Source of the DNA: Macrostomum lignano
Taxonomy: Eukaryota
Direction of reading: 5' to 3'
Length of the DNA: 64,000 nucleotides
Assembly: GCA_002269645.1 (NCBI GenBank)
Contig: NIVC01001722.1
Coordinates: forward strand, 160,072 to 224,071
In this document: positions 33,970 through 46,173 of the stretch, piece after piece
Numbering within the stretch: position 1 is the stretch's first letter
How the letters are laid out: each line of letters begins with the position of its first letter
Translations under genes and position numbers: made by a program
The notes under the pieces: model-generated
What the model saw: the letters and a program-made list of their open reading frames with translations, nothing else
Databases searched by the model: none
What the model was told of the DNA's origin: nothing

Positions 33970-34488
33970 GGAAGTGCTTATCCCCATAGTCCCATGTCAA
34001 TAATTTGAATTTTATCCACACAGATCTATGTCAATTTTTTTTAGCTTATCCCTACAGCTAAGGTTATGCAATTGCTTGTATTTATTTTTGTGTACTGATG
34101 TTAAATTGATAGTCATTATTATTATTATTATTACTTATTATTATTACATTTTAAATTTTGAATTTAGTAAATCTCATTTGCCTCAATTTTAGGGTCTATT
34201 TGGTTGTTCTAAGCAAAGCTAGCAGCTAAGCAAATATTTAAAATTAACCTTTTTAATGACAAAAAAGTTTTAACAAAGTACTTGATACTTTTCATTATTC
34301 AGTAGTTTACTTGGAAGATTTGTAAAACAGTGAAAACAAATAGATGGTTTTGAACAGATTCATTTTAAGGTTCTCTATTCCAATAACTTGAATAAGCTAC
34401 AATAGAAATAAGCTGGAAATTATTGACATGAATCAGTGTCAATAAAATTGGAATTATCAGCATGGGACGGTGAGGATAAGCACTTTCC
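33970..34488. mobile_element. MITE-like element, about 520 bp
   Basis: Imperfect ~27-bp TIR GGAAGTGCTTATCCCCATAGTCCCATG / CATGGGACGGTGAGGATAAGCACTTTCC; ACACAT present on both flanks. Confidence 0.45.
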
Positions 34489-35359
34489 ACACATATATCT
34501 ATATAAAAATTTATTTAAAAATAAACATGAGCATAAGCTTATATAGGCCTATTCACTTTATATTTGTGCAGGGCCCCTCCTGATTTCTTTATAAAATAGT
34601 CACCATTTAGTCAATTTGAATTCACGCCAAAACTAAGAAACATATTTTGTTTTAATACTCGTATTTTCTATAATATTTTGCACTAACAAATTTTTGTTTA
34701 AAACTATAGCAAATTTTAGTATAAATAGAAGCATTTTCGGCGGAAGAGAGACCAACCTCGCGCATCGCGGTTTACTAACAAAATAGTTGATAACGAATAG
34801 TAAGAGTTCCAAGAAAATAAGAATTGAAGAAGTGTTTTCTGTGTTGATTCTTTTTAAGAAGTAAGAGTGAAATAGACTGAAGCGTATATACTATTGAGAA
34901 GCAGCAGCATTGAGTAGTAAGAGAATACAAAGTAGATCTGAAGTGATACGTGTAAGAATAACCGGAGGCTGTGACCCTCGAATCTCGGTAACGCCCAAGG
35001 ACTTGCAAAGTACATGAAATACATATACCAGTAAGCCAAAATACTGCTCAGGCCATTATTAAATAGAACGCTACCAGAATAACAGAACGCTACCAGAATA
35101 ATCAGAAGAGTAAAATCTTTCAGGGCTAACAGTTTTTCTAAGAATAATACTCCGACTAAATACTCAGACTAAATACTTAGACTAAATACCAAGATATATA
35201 CTCAGATCAATTCTAAGAAACATTTCTTGGATTATTCTAAGATTGATAAACTCATAATTTATTAATAGGATAATCCTGGTGGCAGCTACCAACTTAAAAA
35301 ATTAGTTTAGCCCTAGTACAACTTTGGTGACAGTGTGAAATTATTATTAGAGACAGAAG

Positions 35360-35690
35360 TAACCCCTGCCACAACTTGGTTACAGCGGTAGGATTTTGTA
35401 TCATACGGGAACACCCCTACCACAACTTGGTGGCATAACGGTGGAATTCTCATAGAGCCAAAAGGCCTGTTACAACTTGGTGGCAGCGGTGGGATATTAT
35501 TAAGAAGAAAGAATCACCCCTGTTACAACTTGGTAGCAATAGTGGGATATTATTCAGAAAAAAGAATCACCCCTGTTACAACTTTGGTGGCATTTAGTAG
35601 GATTCTCAGTGCATAGGAAACACACCTAATACAACTTGGTGGCATAACGGTGGAATTCTTATAGAGAGCCAAAAGGCCTGTTACATATTT
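35360..35690. repeat. Degenerate ~50-bp repeats with a TACAACTTGGTGGCA core
   Basis: Six or seven diverged copies; one ~70-bp block recurs near 35405 and 35615. Confidence 0.6.
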
Positions 35691-36957
35691 TGATATTGCT
35701 TTTAACTTACACTATAAAATGACTAGGCCTAGACGCTAACAAAAATTTGTTAATTTACAAACTATATTTAATTTAATTTACTTTTATGCTATGATCCCCA
35801 TAATTTTTTATAAAAGTGATTGTAAAATGAAATAGATTAAGGCTTATATCTGTATCAGTCTATCACTTGTCTTCTTAGGCCCTAATCATTTTAATACAAT
35901 CTCCCTATTTAAATATTTGTATAATGGAAGTGAATTTATATAGGCTTTATTTATAAAGATATAAGTCAAAACTAATATATGCCTTTATCAATGAACTAAC
36001 TTGATTTCAAGGAATGTTAGTCACTCTTATTGGGGATTGTATAACAAAAACTCCAACTCTCATTTACATTTAGAATATGGTAGGGGATTTTACGATGAAA
36101 GAATGCCAAAATATCTAGAATTTTTATTCCATAGATTAACTTAGTTAATTTATTATTGGTGCAAAAAGTTGGTTTTTTAGCTTGCAGGGGCAAAGAAACT
36201 TTTGCTAAAAGTCTGTGTTTTGACTTTAGTGCACAGGTGAGGCACTGCACTATAGGCCCATGGTACTAGGTAGAAAAGTTATAAACAATCTTTATTTATG
36301 CAAGTCGGAACAATCAATGACTTGCATTCAATTTTATATGTATGATGTACACGTATCTGATAGGGCCTATTCGCCATTCGGTTTTAAAATTCAATAATAT
36401 TCTATTCAACTTATTTATTGCTCTAAACTTAATTTTATAGGTTTTCTTTCAGATTAGTCCCGGTCTATATACTAGGTCAAAGATAATTAATTACTGTTTT
36501 TAAGAGGAGGCTTTATTCGTCAATATTTAAAAAATCCTATATACTAAAAACTTGAAAAACTTTTTCTAAAAATTTTTGGCTTATTCTGAGAAAGCTAGTG
36601 GACGCCAAAAAGTTAAATTCAAAAACAAATGCTAAACTTATGCCTACTTCAAACAAATGTGTCCAAACAAACAATTTTAAAACTGGAATTACTACAAGAC
36701 GCAAATGGATTTCTTGACGTTATATTCAATTTGCATTGCTTAGGCACCCAAATTAGTAGCATTAAACTACTCTTTACAATATGCATCACAGCATAGAGCA
36801 TATACAGCGTACTTGTTCATGTGTAAAGATTTAACAAGCCGTTAACGATCAACAAGTCCTGTAACAATTAATGAGCGCATTAAGAATTCAAAAGTATTTT
36901 AATAATGTGGGATAATATGATATTTCAGTAAAATAGCTGAGACACGGGGAACTTACA

Positions 36958-37382
36958 TGACGGCGAAGATATTGTCTTCTAATAACTTGATGTCACTCGA
37001 CAGGCAGATGTCGCAATCCGGGGAAAGGCTAAATCAATTGGTGGGGTCTCCAGCAGGCCTGCAGTATTACGCAGAAAATAAACTGTTGAGGTACAGCCCG
37101 GGTTGGGCGATCGTAATTGGTTCAGTCATTTCATTCCGAGCATCGAGCACCGAGCAGTCTAACCCGGGGGTGTCCGCGAGTACAGTACCCAGCATCTACG
37201 ATCGAGTACCGAATTAGCATCTGAAAGCCTTCAGATGCGCCGCGCAAATAGCGGTGGCTGATCGAGCGAGCTGTCGGTTGCACATCTGTCCATTAAGGCA
37301 GGTATAATCAATTGTTTTTTATTATAATTTTGTTTTTCTTATTAGTATTCTTCTTCTTCTTCTTCTTTTCTTCTTCTTCTTC

Positions 37383-37434
<52 letters not shown>

Positions 37435-40400
37435 GAGGCGACGAGCTGACGAGTGCGTGCCCATCCGCGCGCCTTATGGGCTCAAGAGTCAGCAGGAAGC
37501 TAAAAGCCTCACCACGGTGGTTTCACCCGACGGCAGTAGGCTAGGCTGGGAAAAAGATCAAAAAATCTCCAGGCTAGCCTGGGAAAAGATCTTCCGTTGA
37601 TCTTTCTTGTATACGTTGCCTGGAAAAAGATCATCTTTGCCTAAATGAATTAAATATATAAGAGCCAATGCAGAAAGAAGCGAAACGCATATTTGCTTGA
37701 TATTCGCTTAAAATGACAGAAGTTTAAATCGAATTTTTTCTCCTAATTTGAATTGTATATTTCTACGAAACTCTGTTTCGAAAATGTTTGCCAACCCACG
37801 CTGGCATGCTATATAGCAAATTCTATTATATTGCAAATAGAAGTTGGATTGTACTTTGTGTAGAAGTGAACTATATACTAAGCATACAAAATGTTTCCAA
37901 AAAACTTCTTTTAATTTTTTTGCATAGCAAGCTCAGTAAAAAAAAAAAAAAAACAATTAGAAAGCACTAACATTAACAAGCTAGCTACTGACTCTATAAA
38001 TTGATGCTATCGTCAATATGAGATATCAATGGCTATATAGTATTTAATTAGTAGCATGCTAGCAATAGACCATATGTCTGGCACTGTGCCACTGTACAAC
38101 ATTCTAAATCCAGTGCTTTAATGTAAAGAGAGCTATATATAGAGTATTACAATTATAAAGCTATACTATTAATAAATTATAATGCCCTGTAGTAGTATAA
38201 AGCTATACTACCATACATAATAGCTGGATACAGTATTGGAATAGCATAGCTGGATAGGCTGTTAATTTATTTGGGCTTTTCGCTTTTATAGCTACAGTTT
38301 CTATTATTAAAAAAATGTTTAGGTATGTAGAAACTACAAGCTATTATATATAGTTGCGGCCCTATATCTCTAAAAACTATATCATAAGCCTAGCCCCATC
38401 CCTAGTCCTGACCCTAGCCCTAGATCTACTTAGCCCAGCCTTAACTTTAGCAGCCATAGCCATAGCATTAGACAAAACTCTAACAATAGTCTTGGCCTTG
38501 GCACTAGCTTGGCTATAGCCCTAGCCTAGCCCTACCCTAGCAATAGCCCCAGCTTAGCCCTAGCTTGAGCTCAAGCCCTAGCCTAGCCCCAGCTCAAGCT
38601 CTAGCCACACCACAGCCCCAACAGCCAGTTAGTATGGTAGCTCAAGCACCAGCCCAGCCTAGCCCTAGCCCTAGCCTACTCTATCCTAGCCCTAGCCCTA
38701 TCCCACTCTATCCCAGCCCCTACTCTAGCCCTAACCCTAGCCGCAGCCCTAGCTCCTCCCCTAGCCCTGGTCTTAGCCCTAGTGCTTGCTATCCCTGCCC
38801 CAGCTCTGGCCCTATCACTATCCTAGCTACAGCCCCTAGGCCTAGCCCCAACCCTATGCCCTAGCCCTAGCCCCAGCCCTAGCCCCTGCCCTAGCCCTAG
38901 CCCTAGCCCCAGCGCCAGCCCTACCCACCCCTAGCCCCGGCCCTTGCCCCTGCCCTAGCCCTATCCCCTGCCCTTGCCCCTGCCCTAGCCCTAGCCCTAG
39001 CCCCTGCCCTAGCCCTAGCCCTAGCCCCAGCCCTAGCCCTAGCCCTACCCCACCCCAGCGCCAGCCCTACCCCATCTCAGCGCCAGCCCAGGCAAACTCT
39101 CCTAGTCAAACCCATCAAGGCAGCCTTCCCAGGCTACCCCTCCCAGGCAGCCCTCCCAGACAGCCCCTCTAGGCTACCCCTCCTACTCTACCCCTCCCAG
39201 GCAGCATTCCCAGGCTGTCCTTCCGATTCAACCTCTCCTAGGCTGCTACCCTTGCCAGACAGCCCTACTAGGCTACACCCTCCTATTTAACCCCTCAGGC
39301 TTCCTCCTTTTCTACCCCTCCCAGGCTACCCTTCCCAGGCTACCCTTCCCAGGCTACCCTTCCCAGGCTACCCTTCCCAGGCTACCCTTCCCAGGCTACC
39401 CTTCCCAGGCTACCCTTCCCAGGCTACCCTTCCCAGGCTACCCTTCCCAGGCTACCCTTCCCAGGCTACCCTTCCCAGGCTACCCTTCCCAGGCTACCCT
39501 TCCCAGGCTACCCTTCCCAGGCTACCCTTCCCAGGCTACCCTTCCCAGGCTACCCTTCCCAGGCTACCCTTCCTAGGCTACCCTTCCCAGGCCACCCTTC
39601 CCAGGCTACCCATCCCAGGCTACCCTTCCCAGGCTACCCTTCCCAGGCTACCCTTCCCAGGCTACCCTTCCCAGGCTACCCTTCCCAGGCTACCCTTCCT
39701 AGGCTACCCTTCCCAGGCTACCCTTCCTAGGCTACCCCTCCCAGGCTACCCATCCCAGGCTACCTTTCCTACTCTACCCTTCCCAGGCTACCCATCCCAG
39801 GCTACCCTTCCCAGGTTCTCTCTCAGGCAATCCTTCCTGGCTACCCTTCCCAGGCTACCCTTCCCAGGCTACCCTTCCCAGGCTACCCTTCCCAGGCTAC
39901 CCTTCCCAGGCTACCCTTCCCAGGCTACCCTTGCCAGGCTACCCTTCCCAGGCTACCCTTCCCAGGCCCTCTCTCAGGCAATCCTTCCTGGCTACCCTTC
40001 CCAGGCTACCCTTCCCAGGCTACCCCTCCCAGGCTACCTTTCCTACTCTACCCCTCCCAGGCTACCTTTCCTACTCTACCCCTCCCAGGCTACCCTTCCC
40101 AGGCAGCCCTCCCAGGCTACCTTTCCTACTCTACCCCTCCCAGGCTACCTTTCCTACTCTACCCCTCCCAGGCTACCCTTCCCAGGCAGCCCTCCCAGGA
40201 TACCTTTCCTACTCTACCCCTCCCAGGCAGCCCTTCCAGTCTACCCCTCCCAGGCAGCCCTTCCAGGCTACTCCTTCCAGTCTACCCCTCCTAGGCAGCC
40301 CTTCCAGGCTACCCCTTTCATGGCAACCACTTCCAGGCTATCTCCTACTTTGCCCCTGCGTACTGTCTCCATTATGTTCGAAATTGAGAAGATTGTTTCG

Positions 40401-40987
40401 CTTCGGTATTATTTAAAAATATAATGCATCATTATTTACTTCAGACGCTTCACTCTCATCATTTCAGGTGCGTACATGCGAGCCAGCTAATGCTGACGCC
40501 GAACTTTGTATTCGGCTTTCCAACGAGGAAAAGTGCGTTTATGAAAGCCAATAGGGATTTGGGATGCCAGAAAAGATATTCTATTTTGCTAGGATCCGAT
40601 AAATGCTGCCGCTTCGGCTGCAGTGACCACCGGCTCAAGCGGAGGACGATCGCAGGACTGCTTGCTGCCTGCCGCTTCGGCTGCAGTGACCGCCGGCTCA
40701 AGCGGAGGACGATCGCAGGACTGCTTGCTGCCTGCCGCTTCGGCTGCAGTGACCGCCGGCTCAAGCGGAGGACGATCGCAGGACTGCTTGCTGCCTGCCG
40801 CTTCGGCTGCAGTGACCGCCGGCTCAAGCGGAGGACGATCGCAGGACTGCTTGCTGCCTGCCGCTTCGGCTGCAGTGACCGCCGGCTCAAGCGGAGGACG
40901 ATCGCAGGACTGTTTGCTGCCTGCCGCTTCGGCTGCAGTGACCACTGGCTCAAGCGGAGGACGATCGCTGCTCCGCGTGCTATCATC
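36958..40987 (+). repeat. Left arm of the large inverted repeat
   Basis: Direct base-level mirror of 46174-50184 with scattered substitutions and repeat-number differences. Confidence 0.95.
40603..40965. repeat. 63-bp GC-rich tandem repeat, about 6 units, at the inner end of the left arm
   Basis: 21-aa periodicity in ORFs 40424-41008 and 40623-41096; only one partial unit in the right arm. Confidence 0.9.
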
Positions 40988-43709
40988 TACGAGTGCTGCG
41001 AGTGCTAAGGGCGAACGAAGGACTAATGAAGGAGCATATTATCCGATTTCCTTCAGAGGAGATCTTTGCCATTTATTTATCTTCGCGTCGAATTAGCAGT
41101 GAGTAAAAAATATGAGTATTATATGCTGCCGCTTATGCACTCTACAATATCATCAGCAGAATACGTAAAATGAGGTCGTTTGAAACAAAAGAGTACGTAG
41201 ATTTTCTGCATGTATTTAGCTTCTTCCTAGGAAAATCAGTGAATTGTTTTGGTCGCGTACATAACCTATTCAGCTTCTCCGCTCATAGTCACTCCAGCAT
41301 CAAGTGCTAACAATGCAGATTAGCTATGAACTGTATTGGAATGCTTTGCATCATGCATTTTCATTTTAAATAAAAGGACTTTTTCTCTTGTTCATTGGCA
41401 GGTGTCGAGATGAGACAAAGCAATGTACATTACGCTGCTGCCGATGCACAGGACGCAAGAGTGCACGCAGGATCCTCGTGAGGTGAAAGAAGACGACAGT
41501 GACGACTACGGCATGGATGACTATTCAGCCACATTGGACAGAAATTAGCTGTTAGCCGACGTAGCCGTATAAATATGTTTGGTCACACTTGTCTGTGCCC
41601 GTGGCGTATGCAACATTTAATCCATGACCTCTTTGCAATATTGCACTACCATCAAACGCTGACGCTCTCTCTGTCGCTCTGTAATGCTGTGATCAGTTTT
41701 TTGTCCCCCCCTGTCGAGCTTTGCTAACCAAACTGAGAGAACTATGCAGCGCATTTTTTTGGCAAGCGTTGGCTATTTATATTTTTTCATTTTCTTTTGT
41801 CAATGTACAGTTTTACGAGTATATACTTAACTGTATATTATAAAAATGTGACTTTGAAATAAAACAGACTGCACTGCTTTTACCTATGCTTTTTACGACA
41901 ATTCACTCTGTCCTGTCCTGAAACATTCCTGTTTTATCGAATTCTCTTTTGATGACACAAATATGGTCATACGACGGTCACAAAGAATAGTGGGAGGTAG
42001 AGCCATAGGCGAGAGGTGTAAAGTATGTGATTTTACGACAAATATATGGGAAGGAGTCTCAATAGTTTATCTGCCCCTCTTGGCCTCCCCTTCTCCTTCT
42101 CGCCCTCTGTCTCTGCAGCACCTGTTGGTTAAAAATGAGAGGAAAGCTCGGCGAGAAAAGCCTCTGTGTAAAAGTCTCGTGCTCCCATAGCCTGACATCC
42201 TGTCACTTTCTAAATAGCCATATGACTTTCCTGGTACATGGACATTTACATTTGTAAGTTGTTTCGATCCGATTGAGACAAATGATATATAATTAGTATA
42301 GGTGGATATTAGTAGAAAAAAATTCAGTCAGTCTTATCGTGTACGAGCAATGGCGGATCTAGAATTTCTTTTTGGGAGGGGCGGTCCAAGTTTGGGAGGC
42401 CAACATGAGTATGAGGGGCACCAATTATGACGGGGCGCAAAAATGCTGGTACTGCTGAAGATAAATTGACCGGGAAACACGGATTGCATGTTATTAATTT
42501 CTTAAATACGTATTTGAATTGAGAAGCACAATATCGGGGAGAAGTTTTGCCTTCTCACTGCTTGGCAAGTGCACATGCACTATCTACATGTACATGTAGT
42601 TATTGCGCAGATTTGAGAGTTGTTTACAGTGGTAGAGGGTTACTTGACTTGGCTGCAGGGTTCCGGGCATCCGGATGCAGCGAGGAGGCGTTGCCTCTTT
42701 AACTTCACGACTACAACTTCAAGCTTCGCCACCAGATCACTCGCCATCCGCATGTTGTCAGCATGATGTCACCGATGAATTGAAGAGAATGTCAGTTTTG
42801 ACGAGCTAACATATAAGTTTTATCCGTTGCTCGAATTTCTACCGAGGAAAAAGCCTCTATTTACTACGAGTACATTAGTGGTTGTGTTCACACAAATAAA
42901 ATTTGTCCGATCGTACGTCAAACCATTGAAACAAACTTGCCTGGTCATACTTCCACTTCCACTGAGAATTCACTACTATAGAGAGTTCTTTGCAGCTGCT
43001 TCTGTCATGCCCATTCTCTTGATTCTGGGCAGCGTTACGCTAACAGTTCTCTGCTTGCGTTTGAGAAGATCCTTGAAAAAAATTCTACGCTCAACTGCAT
43101 GGACCCATGCAGATCTGCTGCGTCGAGTGTCTCGAAGGCTGGCCAACTTCATCTACATGTATAAAGGCATGGTGAGATTCCGAGACATCCAGGCAATCAA
43201 CCCCCGTTTGCTCTCACCGACTTCGCAAACTGAAGCCTTAGCAGCTTAGCTGAATGTTTCTTTCAAACACCTGGGCGATGCTATAACTTTATAGCCATCT
43301 ATGTTTGCCTTTTACAGTTATATACGGAGTTTTCCGATGTTAGCATATCGTACTTTTCAATTGTATTGTACTTTTTGTACTGACTATGTACTGTATTTGT
43401 ACTGTACTGTTTTGTACTGTATTTATTATTTGTATATAATTCTCACCGCCAGTAAGCTGTGGTAGATTTAGACTGCCATTATCTGCCCCTAAATCAGTTA
43501 TGCCAGCCTCGTGTGAGCTAGCGGCCTGAGTGTCGATGTATGAGTTGCATTGTATTACGTTGGCTTAATACTTTAGATGGCGCGTTAGATGCACGCTCAG
43601 TTAATTTGTCTTAACCTTAGACAAAAATGCGTGAAAGGCACGCAAGTTGATTGAGTGTTGCGAAGAAGGGAATAAGAAGCTGTTAAATTAAAATCACTTG
43701 TGAGAGAAT

Positions 43710-43961
43710 ATGGCTGAGCCACCAACTAAAGTCAGACTTCTGAATCTGAGCAAATTTCCAAACGAAATGATTTCCGGCTTGTCCACCAATGAGATTGACG
43801 ACATTCTGAACGAGCCTGATAATCTACCGGAGTCGGCAATTGATCGAAAAGAGGAGGATCTTCTGGAGGCACTTTTCAAGAAGATACCTGACGAAGAAGC
43901 TGAACTACTTGAATTGGAACAGCTCGTTTCCGAAATCGAGGACACCGCTGCTAGTAAAAGT
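43710..43961 (+). CDS. Acidic, probably helical hypothetical protein; candidate first exon inside the spacer of the large inverted repeat
   Basis: ATG-initiated non-repetitive 84-codon frame (MAEPPTKVRLL...EEAELLELEQLVSEIEDTAASKS) followed by donor-like GTAAGA. Unspliced ORF runs to 44039. Downstream exons not resolved. Confidence 0.35.
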
Positions 43962-44529
43962 GTAAGAGTGTGGTTTATAACTTCTACAACACTGTCAACA
44001 ACTGCACGTTCAATTCTTAGAGTGAGTAATAACAATTAGTAATAATTTTCCCACACTGAACTTCCAAATGCAGAACGCCTTCATCCTCATTCGCTTTCCC
44101 TGTCAATGATAGGTAATCGTCTACGCAGTCTACCTTGTTTACACAGTTCCCTGTTATTCGTTCGTTGTACTTGTAGCAGAAGTATACTTATTAAAATATA
44201 CTCACTTTCCGTGCATTACACGCACGCGTTAGACGCACGCTTGTTGCCTTTACTCAGATAGAAAATTGCCATAGACACCTACATTAGACGCACAGTAAAT
44301 CGTGCATCTAACGCGCGCCAGCGTGTTACAATGGCTCGGAAATAAGTGCATTTTGGCATAAATCCAGTAGTGGAATAAAGGAAACTCCAGCATTGGAGCC
44401 TTGCAGACTCCAATACTAGATTGATGGTCGATTTTAGCGTGCAGTTTGGTGCGAAACTGCTCAGCGGCTTGCGTAGTTTTGATTAGTTGCAAGTTTCAGG
44501 ACAGCCGGTTTACTTGCAGAATCTTTACC

Positions 44530-44996
44530 GGCAGCAGGTTGATCAGGTGTAAAATTAGTTTCGCCAAAACCGCAAAACTCCAGTACTGGCTGATACGAGT
44601 ATAAATCCAGCATTGGAGCATAAGAAAACTCCAGCATTGGAACGAGTACTGGAACTGATATAACTGCAGCATTGGAGCCTTGCAGACTCCAACCACTAGA
44701 TTGATAGTCGATTTTAGCGTGCAGTTTAGTGCGACAATGCGACAATTTTATGCTCCAATGCTGGAGTTATATATCGTCCAGTACGGAGTTTCGGCACCGG
44801 AAAAGTGCAAAAACCTCTACTGGACGACCTTCTGGCAGTCTGAGACCGGCGCCAATCGACTCAGGGGGGGGGGGCGAAATCTATCAGAAAATGTTGGTCG
44901 CATAGGCGCGAAAGCCACTCGGAAAATGTCAAAAATTTGTATCCCCCCCCCGGCCTAGGTGCACTTGTAAAATTTACACCTGATCAACCTGCTGCC
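44530..44996. mobile_element. MITE-like element, 467 bp
   Basis: 24-bp perfect TIR GGCAGCAGGTTGATCAGGTGTAAA / TTTACACCTGATCAACCTGCTGCC; no TSD seen. Confidence 0.5.
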
Positions 44997-46173
44997 TGCA
45001 GGCATGCATGGCTGCTTCTCTCGCCACCGCTTCCTTCAGGGCCAGGTACTTAAGGAGCGGTGCGCGGTGTCCCAAGCTCTTCTGCCGCTCAGCAGGCAGT
45101 AAAAACGCAGAATAATTTTACATGTATCTGCCACTACCTGGTCTTCACCACTCACTCACCCCGGGCCAAACCCTCCGACGCTTGCAGGCCAGAGAGCATG
45201 TGCTCACCCGGTACCTCAGCTGAGTTTTCCCCACCGCCGGTGAGGAGAACCGTGCTGCAAGCGAGACTGACAGCCCCCTGAGCGACATCATTTCGATGGA
45301 AGTCATTCATGGTCGCCACGCCAGAGGCTAGCGGAATGGGCGGTCTCCTCCGCCTTCTGATCGCTGCATCCGCCGGATGATGCCCTCTGCAGCTAAGTCA
45401 AACATACTCGTGTGCATACTGGCACTAATCCATGATTGAACATACATGTAGGTAAAATACTTGCGTCAGTGTCAATACGCTCTTGTTCCAAAATGCTTGA
45501 GCTCTTGTGCTAATCTCCATTCTAGCCGTGCTTGCTTTTGCTAGTGCAAGTGCTAGTGCTAGTGTTCATGCAACCCAATTTTAGTGCTATTTTTAAACCT
45601 AGCTTACTCGAGGTAGCAAATAAGCCAGACTATGTGGATAGTTTGCCATTAGCTAAGGATAGTTTAACATTTTGAGCAGAATGAGAGACTTTTCAGGCCA
45701 CCGCGATCCAAAATTCAAACTCTGCGACTTGCGGTCTGGTCAATCCTTTTGCGGGAGCGAAATTTCTGAAATAAAGTGAAAAATACTTGGACGATTGCGA
45801 ACACTTCCAAATCTGCGCGAAAATGCGTGGCGCAACAGCCAAATTACCGGGGTGACATCGATCGAGCAAAAAGCTTTTTTATTTGTTATTCGGACAAAAA
45901 AATTACAGCTCTCAATAAACGCAAAGGTAATGTGCCGCTTGGATAGAATAAATTTTTGCAGCTACGCAAAAACAACTGAAGTAATGCGCGCAACATAGAG
46001 CTGCCCGCAGAAACTTCAGCTACACAGCAACTACAAACCGCTGGTACAGGACTGCGCATCGCCAGGGTGTGAGTCACACGAACGCGCATCACTTCAGACA
46101 ATCGTTCAGGTCATCACTAGTTTATTAACTAACCCTCACTTTGCCACTGTTCGTTAAGGTCGTCGCGGAACCG

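Noticed and set aside
38565-38864. Pro/Ser-rich ORFs (and mirror 48263-48562; 39931-40416)
   Set aside because: They derive from CCCTAG-like and 14-bp repeats; no evidence of coding.
42875-42965. FLYWCH/Mutator-like zinc finger (WKWKY...CEHNH) on the minus strand
   Set aside because: Very short frame bounded by stops, lacking the expected Cys spacing and any DDE domain; too weak to call a transposase relic.
45275-45305. Hammerhead ribozyme core (CTGAGCGA-CATC/GATG-GAAG)
   Set aside because: Core spacing and GAAA deviate from consensus, and the second copy near 59695 does not keep the stem.
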